NCBI GenBank assembly: GCA_044892525.1
Contig: CM097885.1
Span: forward strand, 19,346,001-19,410,000
Source of the DNA: Schmidtea polychroa
Lineage: Eukaryota
DNA: 64,000 bases
Direction of reading: 5' to 3'
The notes under the pieces are model-generated. The model was not told the origin of the DNA and did not search any database. It saw only the letters and a list, made by a program, of their open reading frames with translations. Shown here piece after piece: positions 49,230 through 60,450 of the stretch (its first letter is position 1; every line of letters begins with the position of its first letter). Made by a program: the position numbers and the translations under genes.

Positions 49230-52200
49230 TGCCACCACTTCTAGCGGCAGAGGTGGGAGGCAAAATTTCATCAAAATCAGATTTATTTTTAATAGAAGTA
49301 CAGTCAAACGCTTTTAATATATTGTCATCTCCTTCCAACAGACTAAAATTCCTCGTCAACACTGGCTCCAGCTTGTCGATCTTACCTAAAGTGTACCTTC
49401 CAGACCTCAACACTGTCGATATTTCTTTGAAGGCCGCAAACGGTAGTGTTGTTGAGACTTTAGGTTCAAAGACAATTGCTTTCTCGTTGCCATTTCTGTC
49501 CGACCAATTATTTGAGTGGAAATTTTATATAGCAGAGGTTATTATCCCCATATTAGGATCTGATTTTTTAAGCGCTAACGAACTACTCGTCGATTGCCGT
49601 GGACGCACTTTAAGGATAAATAACCAATTAAACTGCAGCACTATTCCCTCAAACATCTTTGAAGATCCACAACGGATAGGAACGGACGATATAAATACTA
49701 CTCCGTCGAAAACGGTTATAACAATCGAACACCCAAAAATAGCCGTAGATATTATTAATCGGTGTTTTAACACGCCAATAAGTGACGTTTCGAAGCCGCT
49801 TTACTGCCACACGATCGACACAACTTCATCTTTACCAGTTAGATGCAAAATTAGACCACTGTCGAATGAAAAACTCGAATTTGTACGTTCCGAGTTCACT
49901 AACCTCTTACATGAGGGTACCATTCGGAGATCTAAATCTCCATGGTCATCGCCATTGCACCTGGTCCCAAAAAAAGATGGCACTTTCCGTCCGTGTGGCG
50001 ACTATAGAAACCTTAATGCTATTACGGTACATGATTCCTATAGCATGCCGCTTGTTAGTGATATCCTTCACCGTCTTTCAAAGGCAAAGATTTTCTCCAC
50101 AATCGACCTCGTGAAGGCGTACCATCAGATACCCGTGCGAGAGTCTGACATAGAAAAAACAGCCGTAATAACTCCGATCGGACTTTTCGAGTACGTGCAT
50201 ATGCCATTTGGCCTTCGGAATAATGCACAGACCTTTCAAAGGTATATTGATCAAGTTTTAATGGACCTGCCTTTCGCAGTTCCATATATAGACGACATTT
50301 TAATCGGATCACCTGACTTAGAGACGCATATAACCCATCTAACAAGAACTTTAACAGCACTGCGGCAATACAACCTTAAGGTAAACGTCGATAAGTGTAC
50401 CTTCTTCCAACACGAGACTCGTTTCCTGGGACATTTAATTTCCGGAGATGGAATCCGACCTCCTCCGGATAGACTAGATACTATAGCCAAATTCCCACTT
50501 CCAAAAACAGTTTCACAACTGAGAAGTTTTTTGGGAACGATAAACTATTGTCATCGTTTTATTCCAGGGGTTTCTGACATTTTGTCACCTCTTTCAGGTC
50601 TTGTTTCAAAACCAAAAAAGTCTTTAGTGTCATGGAGCGATACCACACTCAGTGCATTTGAAAACGCTAAGTCGGCACTTTCGAAAATTCAAACACTCCA
50701 TTTTCCCAATGCTGATTTACCTTGGAGTCTGACCACTGATGCATCAAACGTTGCTATTGGTGCAGTATTACACCAATTACATAATGACATTTCTGAACCC
50801 TTAGAGTTTTTCTCAAAGAAACTTTCTTCCGCACAACGGAAATATTCGGCTTTCGACCGAGAACTCTTAGGCATATATCTTTCAATCAAACATTTCAAGC
50901 ACTTGCTTGAAGCTCGTCCTTTTGTCATCTACACTGACCACAAACCGCTAACTTATCTTTTTGGAATGAAAGACCCATCTCCACGACAACAGAGGCAAAT
51001 CAGTTATATTTCAGAATTTTCTTGCGAAATACGCCACATTGCCGGCAAAGAAAACGTTATTGCAGACTGTCTTTCCCGCAGTACCAACGCTATATGGCAC
51101 GATCCGATATTTCCAGTACAGTGCCTCCGCGACAATCCACCTTCGACAAAAGATCTAGCTGCTTTTGGCGATAAGCTTAAAATCGTGGACGGAGTACACT
51201 TTGACTCGTCTTTATCAGGTGTTTTAAGACCGATTTTGCACGATTCCTTACGGAAATTAGCTTTCCACTCCATTCACGACTTACATCATCCAGGTTCGTC
51301 GGCTACCTTCAACCTATTGCATTCACATGTGGTTTGGCCAGCAATGAGGCACGATATTAAATTGTGGGTGAGTCAGTGCATCGGTTGTCAACAACACAAG
51401 ATCACTAGACACACTAAGCCACTGATGATTCACTATCCGACCGGAAATAGGTTCGAAATTCTTCACATCGACCTGGTCGGCCCCTTGCCTTCTGATCGCG
51501 GTTTTTCTTACTTATTAACCATGATTGACCGGAAAACGCGTTGGTTTGAGGTTATTCCTCTAAAAAACATTTCTGCTGAAATTGTAGCAAATTCAATTTT
51601 GCAACATTGGATTTCTAGATACGGTGTTCCGAAATCAATAATCACAGACAGGGGAACTCAGTTTGAATCCCAGTTATTTCAACAACTAACTGAAAAGCTC
51701 GGTATACAACACCTCCGTTCAACTGCTTACCATCCTCAGACAAACGGCATGATCGAAAGATTTCACCGTACTTTGAAGACTTCTCTAGGAATACTTTCAT
51801 CGAGACTTAATTGGACTAAAGCTTTACCTTTTGTCCTTCTTGGTTGGCGTAACACACCCTCCAGGACTACCGGAACTACACCGGCACAGTTACTTTTCGG
51901 TTCTTCAACATCGTTACCTAACGAATTAGTTGATTTCGATAACGCTCCTACCTTTGAGGAATTAGATATGGCTAGAGATCATTTTCTTTCGATCGATAGC
52001 AACCCACAGTTTTCTTATGCTTCCTCATATACACCGTACGTCCCAAAGTCCTTCAAGGACGCAACTCACGTTTATCTTCGTAATATTAGGGATTCAGGTC
52101 TCAAACCGAGATATTCGGGCCTTACAAATTGATCGACATTAAGGATAACAATGCTCACATCGTTATTAACGGTGTTACCCAAAATATAAATTTGTGCCGA

Positions 52201-52593
52201 CTTAAACCGGCTTTTATGATTTCTGATGACGTGGACGAAGACAAACTTCACTCTGATTTAGAGAAAGTCTCAGTCGAACCCATTTCAACTACGTCGAACG
52301 AAAACCTTTCAGTAGAACCTGCCATGGACTCAAACGAAATCGCGCGTACCATGATCACAAACTACCAACGCGATGAAAATTTAGCTACAGAGAATACACA
52401 TTCAGCAACAACAAATTCACTAAATCTTCGCTCAATTGTTTCGAAACCCGACAAGCAGCGAACCGCGAAAAATGTGAAACATAGTGATAAGATTTGGGTG
52501 CGCCAAATTGGTGAAGACATTTCCAAACCTCCTAGACTTGCCAGAGTCTATTCCAATGAAAACTTGACACATCTGATGCTGAAATTCACTTAA
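49229..52593 (+). pseudogene. Gypsy Pol (protease, RT, RNase H, integrase)
   Basis: FLVNTGS (catalytic D replaced by N), YIDD, TTDAS, HIDLVGP, TDRG, IERFHR; frameshift at the GPY motif near 52120. Confidence 0.93.
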
Positions 52594-52743
52594 CTTTATT
52601 CCATATAATCAAATTCCTTTGTAGACACTATCCACCTTTGATAAATTGTCACTACTCTTCGACTTACATCTTGTTTCTGGTAGATCTTTCATCAACCTCT
52701 ATTCTTGAGTCCCTGTGCGCTCCGCGACTTCCCGTGGGGCTGA

Positions 52744-53054
52744 TGTAGTGAGCCGTTACACGGCCTTAACAATATCTATATACCTATTATACTATATTAT
52801 ATTATATTATATTACATTATATTATATATATAAATGCGCGGTCACCAACGAACAAGGACCAATCAGAACACAATTATAGTCAATCAAAAGTCGTGCGATC
52901 AGCTAATACTTCTACTTATCAATCAGGCTCTATTAATCAATCTCAGACGAGTAAAGCAAATTCGATGCCATGTTATCATTATCAAGATAAACTATATTCG
53001 GCTCTCAATAGTTTTAGTGTTGGCTCTCATAGACCAACACCCTCATCCATTACA
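52744..53054 (+). repeat. 3' LTR
   Basis: TGTAGTG...CATTACA, preceded by G-rich GTGGGG. Confidence 0.9.
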
Positions 53055-53497
53055 ATTCGCGAAATACGTAACAAATCCTAACAATAATATGAACCCGAAT
53101 AGATCTTTTTATCAAACCACCACACGTTTTTACAAATTCTGATCAATGTGATTATGCAAAAAAGGATCAGAGCGGCAAAGGATATACATTTCCTCAAATA
53201 GTGTATGCGAATGACAATGGTCAAATTGGTTCATGGACAAATCGGCAGGCTGTAAAATCTTTAGAAATAATCGGACTATATGAAATTATTATATTTAGTT
53301 AACATTTTGTAAATGAGAAATGGCTGTTGAATATGTTTATCTGGTCTGATTATATTTACATTTTTTATGTAGTTTCTATTATATATTTTTGTTTGACTGA
53401 TATGTGTAAATTTTGGAATTCAAATTAAAAACTTTGTAATTTAAAATAAAAACTTGTAGTAGATTAATTCAAATTATTATTTACATTTAATTAATCC

Positions 53498-53645
53498 ATG
53501 AATAAAATTGGGAAAATTGCATTGAAGAATTCATCATTATTTTTGTGTGATATGCAAGAAAAGTTTGCGGGTTCAATAACATATTTTAATGAAATTGTTC
53601 CTGTTTCTAATCGAATGTTAAAAGCTGCTAAATTACCTGTTACAA
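53498..53645 (+). pseudogene. Isochorismatase-domain (ISOC1/2-like) N-terminal fragment
   Basis: IGKIALKNSSLFLCDMQEKFAGSITYFNEIVPVSNRMLKAAK; the rest of ORF 53498-53857 lacks the TEQYP/LG motifs. Confidence 0.7.
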
Positions 53646-54688
53646 TTTTAAATGCCGTATGTAGCGAAAAAGCTGTGAATCCACAGTCAAATCCCAATGT
53701 GGATATAATAAAGCCGAATACACCAACTGATGGTGATACTCCTTTAGACAATGCCATTATCCCTGGTACTAAACGAAGTCATTTAGATTCTCTGACAGAT
53801 TTTTCTAATGATTGCAACAAGGATATTCCAATCAAGAAATCTAAATTAACTATATAAACTATTCAAAAAGAAAACATCACAAATTTGATTACCCCAACCA
53901 CAACAAATAGTTTAAACTATGGATCATATAGTCTGATGGAAAACCACCTCAAACTGTTCTCATGTGAATCCGTTAAGGAGTAATCAAAAATTATCTACAC
54001 TGTGTAATTGGCTGAGTAATCTGTTACAATCACTGACATTAAACACTGCGAAATTTTTGGTTAATCTTTTTTATCTTAAATGAAAAATTTTTATTGATTT
54101 ACCTTATCTTATATAGGATCAACCCAAAATTTATAAAAATCCTCTGCATGTCTTGCGGCTATTTTCTATCTAATTACGCAAAATACATTTAAAGTATTTT
54201 TCCGCCAATTAAGAAGGGATTTACTTACTAAAATGAATATCAACAAAATTTTAATTAATTAGTTAATTAGTTTGTATTTTGTATTGACGTTACCTACGGA
54301 CATAAATCGATTTATGATTATTATATTCGTATTTAACTTTTAGTTAGCTATTCGCTCATACATTCGCTTCAAGAGAATGATTAATTTTACGAATTTGGAA
54401 ATTTTCAATTAATTTTTGTATTAAAATTTGTTTTATGGATTTTAATTACTATTTATTCCTATTCAATATTTTTTTTGTATTTAATACGTCCATATTTAAT
54501 TATCTAATAATTATTTAATACGTCAAATCTTATTAAAATTCCCAAAACCTTGTATCACAGATATCCAACTGACGGCTTGAAGTCCTTAACTCCCACAGTC
54601 CTCGTCGACTCTCACTGGACCACACATTTTCCTCGATTCTCGGATTACGGCTCTTGTTAACTTTCATTATTTAATTAATCATCTAAGT

Positions 54689-56330
54689 CAGGGGTAGGCA
54701 ACCTATGACCCGTGGGTCACCGAGTGACCCATTTGATAATTTCAAGTAGTTCCGAAAATAAAGTATAAGATATACATACATTTTTTACTTTTTCCCAAAA
54801 TATTTTTGTCGCAAAGTTATGAACGTACCAAATTTGAATCCAGTATAACATATAAAAATATCACTTAAAGCCCCACCCCCGCCTGACTGGATATAAAATC
54901 GGCCGATAGTATGCGGAATGCGGCAACATGTCCGAACAAATAGTACCATTCATGTACACGCGCGACGTTTTATCAGTTGTATGTCAGTTATATTTATAGC
55001 ACGTGTAGTACAGTATTATTTAAAAAATTACCATGAACAAACAAAAAGCAAAATAGAGATTATTTCAAGATGTGTGGACAGAAAAGTATTGGTGTATCGA
55101 TAATGGTGACAAATTGCTATGTACTTTATGTACAGATATAATTACCGCCAGGACTTATAATATTGAGCGACACTTTTCTTCAAAACATAAAGATGTGAGT
55201 GAAATGGAAAATGAAGATAAATCTGAATACTTTACTAAACGTGTATTAAATTTTGGAAAACCAAATAAATTCTTAAAGAGTTTTGTTACCAGCAACACTC
55301 ACGCAACGTCTGCCAGGTTTATTGCAGCTCTTAGCATGGGTACCATCGAAAATCATTTACAGACGGGGAGTTTTTGAAAAACGCATTCATAAATTGTTCT
55401 GAATACTTATTTAATGACTTCGCAAATAAAAAACAAATAATTGGGAGAATCAAAGAAATGCCATTATCAGCTAGAACAGTCCAGTGTCGCGTTGAAGATA
55501 TGGCCAAGAATATGATTTGTTATCTTGTGACATAATTAGTTTTGCAGTTGACGAAAGTACCGACATAAATAGTATTGGTAGGCTTGCAATAATTATTAGA
55601 TTTGCATCAATAAATAGCTCAAATGTCAATGAAAAACTATGCGTTCTTGCTTTAATGAATGACACCACCAAAGGTACTGATATTTTTCGTCAAGTACAAG
55701 AGTTTACAAATTTCAAAAATGGGCATATATTGGATTTAAAGAGTAAATTGTTTTCCATAACAACCGACCGCGCTCCAAGTATGAGAGGAAAAACTGTTGG
55801 ATTTGTAAAACTAATGGAAAATTAACTTGGCCGTTCACTTTTATCGTTTCATTGTATCATACATCAAGAAAGTTTATTTGCAAAGGCATCTACACAAAAA
55901 CTTAAGGATGTAATGGAAAAAGTTGTTAAGATCGTAAACATGATAATAACACGATCAGCATTAATACACAGGCGCTTTAAAGCTTTTTTTGGAGGAAATT
56001 GAATCGAAATATGGAGATTTGTTATTAAATTCTGAAATACAATGGTTGAGTCGGGGTAAAGTTCTTAATAGATTTGTAGAGTGTTTTGATGATATACAAA
56101 TATTTCTTCACGAAATGGTCACAAGTTCAACATCAGAGGAGCCATTGATATCGTAGAGAAAGTTTATAAAGTTTATTCAACTATGTTTGTAATTATTTTC
56201 TTAATAAAATATATCTTATTATTCACTAAAATGCTGTTTTAATACGAAAATATCTCTGACCCAAACGTCTCTTTAATACTCGTATTTTTATTAATTTTGA
56301 CCCGTGGCCAAAAAAGGTTGCCGACCCCTG
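54689..56330 (+). mobile_element. hAT Buster/Charlie-family transposon, internally deleted
   Basis: TIRs CAGGGGTAGGCAACCT / AGGTTGCCGACCCCTG; 8-bp TSD ATCTAAGT with central TA. Confidence 0.93.
55033..56120 (+). pseudogene. Buster-type transposase fragments
   Basis: CTLC...NIERHF..KH (BED finger), AVDESTD, TTDRAPSM, HCIIHQE, WLSRGKVL. Confidence 0.9.
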
Positions 56331-57233
56331 ATCTAAGTCATTAAAAAAATAAAAATGACGACCGACCTCTTCATGAAAAAGTATGTTATGTAATGAAATC
56401 AAGTGATTATGTAATATTGTATATGATAACGTCACAATTTCTGGTGTTCCTAGGATTGTGTAAACACATGGGTGGCAGTTAGTTTGGAACACTCAAAATA
56501 CCCTAATTGTGTGCTATTTTTGTATATATATTGTATTTTTTATAATAAAAGAGTATTTTTGAAAACAAAAGTTTTCCCTAGTAAGATTGTTTTGTGAAAT
56601 ATAAAGTTTCATTGTTGTTAGATTTTTGTCATTTGATTTAAAATCAGAATTAAATCTCGCTCTTTTATAAAAGTTATAAATCCAACAAAATGAAAAGAAA
56701 AAATAATATGTTTGTAATTATTTTCTTAATAAAATATATCTTATTATTCACTAAAATGCTGTTTTAATACGAAAATATCTCTGACCCAAACGTCTCTTTA
56801 ATACTCGTATTTTTATTAATTTTGACCCGTGGCCAAAAAAGGTTGCCGACCCCTGATCTAAGTCATTAAAAAAATAAAAATGACGACCGACCTCTTCATG
56901 AAAAAGTATGTTATGTAATGAAATCAAGTGATTATGTAATATTGTATATGATAACGTCACAATTTCTGGTGTTCCTAGGATTGTGTAAACACATGGGTGG
57001 CAGTTAGTTTGGAACACTCAAAATACCCTAATTGTGTGCTATTTTTGTATATATATTGTATTTTTTATAATAAAAGAGTATTTTTGAAAACAAAAGTTTT
57101 CCCTAGTAAGATTGTTTTGTGAAATATAAAGTTTCATTGTTGTTAGATTTTTGTCATTTGATTTAAAATCAGAATTAAATCTCGTTCTTTTATAAAAGTT
57201 ATAAATCCAACAAAATGAAAAGAAAAAATAATA
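56182..57233. repeat. 525-bp tandem duplication including the right hAT end and its TSD
   Basis: Identical ORFs at 56226 and 56751; near-identical units. Confidence 0.92.
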
Positions 57234-57759
57234 ATAAAATTTAGTGATTAGGAAGAGATGTTTGCAAATTTGCAGATGTTTTTTCTGAGATTTAGCTAAT
57301 TTTCAAGTGGTGTGATTTCCAGTGTACCGGGTAAAGAATGCAATAGAGTTGAAACAGCAATATTGTATACTTACCTGGCTCGAAGAGAAAATGTCAGATT
57401 TGCTAATTATAATCTTGCGTTTGACTACTTTGAGTATAATATCAAGTAAATCATCGACAACAATTAGGAAAAGAGTGTAAAATAGTCATTCTTTTCATGC
57501 TCGGTGCCTTTAACAATGTATTAAAAAATGGAAAACTACGATGATTTTTTACTGTTTTTACTTGTTTAGGGTTTTTGATTGGTTTAGGTTTTGGATTTTT
57601 TGAGATGAGATCCATTGATGGAAATTTTCTGTAACAAGTATTTTAGGAGGTGTATAACTCGTTTTTGGTGGAACTTTAATTTTTTCTTATTCAGTACCTT
57701 TTCCAAAATTGGTAACTCTAGCTCTCAAAAACATGATCAGTTAAACATGTTTTCAACTT

Positions 57760-58379
57760 TGTTTAGAAACCATTGACTCTTCTTTATTGAAAATATCGGT
57801 TCTCACTCGTAAATCATCAGGTCATTGTTGAGTGAAATCAAGAAATAAATATCCATGAGGTTGTTTTGTAGCATCTTGAAATGCACTGATAAGAAAATTA
57901 CGATTATTTGGATACGCCTGTCTTGCAAGAAAATCAATAACTTTTGCATCTCTAGAGTTTTTAAAATCGACCAAATATTGAACAATTAAATTACGAGTTC
58001 TATGTGCACCGCACTGATGAAATAAATTTTGAGTTATAAAAATAATCGTTACACCTACGTGTCTACTGATTTTGGTAAATAAATTATTGAAATTCTTTTC
58101 TTTATCAGCTTCTCGATACAAATCATCAATAATTATGACATCTCCCATCTTTAGTCTACTGCACCACTTTTTATCAAATGCCTTTACTATTTTCGTATTT
58201 TTTAATTTACAGAAAATATCGTGAGTCAATCCGTGTTCTTCATCAGCACCTCTATGCCAATAAATTTTGTTAAATTTTGATTTGAATAAATGTGATTTTA
58301 TTAATTTGCAAACAAACAAAGTTTTTCCACTACCACTTGGTCCGACTATTTGATAAACAGCATCATTTCTTAGTTCCAT
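57760..58379 (-). pseudogene. Polinton packaging ATPase (premature stop near C-terminus)
   Basis: GPSGSGKT, IIIDD, LFTKISRH, ITQNLF, FKNSRD, LARQAYP, DATKQPHGYLFLD. Confidence 0.9.
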
Positions 58380-58487
58380 TTTAATATGTATATTTAAAAT
58401 TTGATATTGTTTATATCGTAAAGGAAAGAATGTTTTAATTATACTATTATAATATATATACTCGATTTTTATAAATATTCACTAGAT

Positions 58488-58999
58488 ATGTTGACAAATA
58501 TTAATTATAAGGGTCGTGAGTCTTTGGAAACTATTGGTATGATGAATTCCCTAAGTGTAAACCACAACAATATGTTGACAAAACTGGAAAATATACTATT
58601 ATATTTTTCAAAAACGGTAAATGTCGTATAATGGGTTGTAAGAAACCTATCGAATTCGAGAATTTACAATATAATATCAAAGATATTCAAGTTCAAAGTC
58701 TTACTATACCTACCAAGGTTGAACAATCTATTAATTTGAATAATTTAGCAAAGTTATTAGATGGAGATTGTATATATGAACCTGAATTATTCTCCGCTCT
58801 GCGTTATACAAAATATAACCCACTGTGTGTAAATATTTTTTCGAGTGGTAAAATAATAGTACTAGGTATTAAAAATTTAGATTTTCATACTATTGTTGAA
58901 GAAATTATAAACGATGTAAAGGATTTGATTGGATCTTTAACAATTTCTACAAGTATAAGTAACGAGGATTTGCTTGAATATTTATTCAACAATGACTGA
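58488..58999 (+). pseudogene. TATA-binding-protein-like gene, one frameshift near the 5' end
   Basis: Repeat 1 TIIFFKNGKCRIMGCK (in frame upstream of ATG 58631); repeat 2 INLNNLA...YEPELFSALRY...VNIFSSGKIIVLG; ATG 58488 gives MLTNINYKGR in another frame. Confidence 0.8.
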
Positions 59000-59096
59000 A
59001 CATGATGGTAGCTGTTTTTTATTTTGAATTTGTTGATTTTTGTTTAGAAACTATATTAAAAACTTTGATTGATAAAATTTTGATTTTTATCCGAAT

Positions 59097-59399
59097 TTGA
59101 ACAATTCCATAATGTATTGTGCTCCAGAAGTCTTATTTTATGAAATCTATGAAAAAACTGGAATAAATGTCATGAAATTAATTCATATGGATCATTCTAC
59201 GATTACGTGCTATACTGATGATGTTGAAAATTGTGATTTTTGTAAAAATTATATATGTAATACTTGTGGGGATGATAGTTGTACGTGTTTTGTGAATCTA
59301 CAGAAAAGAGAAATAATTCATGCATTACTTGTGGAATTGCAAAAAATGTATTGTTGTAAGAAAATATTAAATATACATGTAATTATATTTGTTTTGTGA
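59097..59399 (+). CDS. Cys-rich small protein, possibly a fragment
   Basis: CDFC...CNTC...CTC; start uncertain. Confidence 0.35.
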   Translation: MNNSIMYCAPEVLFYEIYEKTGINVMKLIHMDHSTITCYTDDVENCDFCKNYICNTCGDDSCTCFVNLQKREIIHALLVELQKMYCCKKILNIHVIIFVL

Positions 59400-59941
59400 T
59401 AATATTACCTTAATTAACCTATAACATTTAAAATTCATTTCTTTGTATATCATAAATCATTTCAGACTTTGTTAATTAGCATAAAATGGATCACGTTTTG
59501 GTCATGTCTGTCTGTCACTTGAAACTTTGTTTACAATGAAATTATTATAAATATCTGTTTCAATTCATTAAATATTACAACTACAAATGGACCATCATTT
59601 TACAGGTTTGTTGTCATTTGCAAATATTCCATTTAATAGTTTTTAAATTTAGGAGTATTGAAGAGAAAAATACAGATGCCGCTCAGGAATTCGGAAAATG
59701 GAAATTTAAAAAATTGACATTATCCCTGGAAACCTTGCTCAATTTTCGAGTGGATACAAAAAAGTCAGTAGAATTCTTGCAATACAAACTAAATTATTTG
59801 TATTGTCCAATTTCTTATATATTTAAGGTAAGTTTGTATCAATTATTTTGGATTTTATTATTTATTTATTGTTAGGAACCAGCAACTTTAGAAAAATGTT
59901 TCTACAATGTTCGATTTTCCAAAATCAAGGTCAATGATAAG

Positions 59942-60217
59942 ATGATATTAGTACAATTATATCAGAGAATGAACGAAAATATTGAATTTAATGACGAAGA
60001 TATGTTTATTAAATGCGATTTGGATATGATTCTCAATGGCGATAAGATGAGTAAAATAACCGGCATGATAACCGTATTAATTCAAGGACATAATGTAAGC
60101 AGAGACCAAACCAAGCCAATTTGGAAAATTATAAAAGCCGAAGAAACGGTTGACGATGAACATTGTATATATTTTAAATTTTTAAATACATCTTTATTAG
60201 TGTTTGGTTGTTTTTAA
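59942..60217 (+). CDS. Hypothetical protein or exon
   Basis: Protein-like composition only. Confidence 0.25.
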   Translation: MILVQLYQRMNENIEFNDEDMFIKCDLDMILNGDKMSKITGMITVLIQGHNVSRDQTKPIWKIIKAEETVDDEHCIYFKFLNTSLLVFGCF

Positions 60218-60255
60218 ATAATAATATAATAAAATAATTAGAGTTCTAAAATTTA

Positions 60256-60450
60256 TTAATCATCATATTGATTTTTACAATCTCTTTTCATTATATTTTG
60301 AACAATATGATCAACACAATTAGGAAAATCATTAGATTCATCTTCTTGTTTATTTGATGATGTATCAGTTGTAGAATTCTCTATACATGACTTAATTTCT
60401 TCACTTTTCAGATTCATCAGTATATGACATATTTTCTTCGTTAATTTCAT
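60256..60450 (-). CDS. Hypothetical small protein
   Basis: Protein-like composition only. Confidence 0.25.
   Translation of the reverse strand: MKLTKKICHILMNLKSEEIKSCIENSTTDTSSNKQEDESNDFPNCVDHIVQNIMKRDCKNQYDD

Larger units (their letters stand above)
48202..53054 (+). mobile_element. Ty3/Gypsy LTR retrotransposon
   Basis: Two ~310-bp near-identical LTRs, gag, and pol in PR-RT-RH-IN order. Confidence 0.95.

Noticed and set aside
52834..53142. env-like third ORF of the Gypsy element
   Set aside because: Lies in the 3' LTR and repeats the 5' LTR frame. ORF 52129-52593 is the frameshifted integrase tail.
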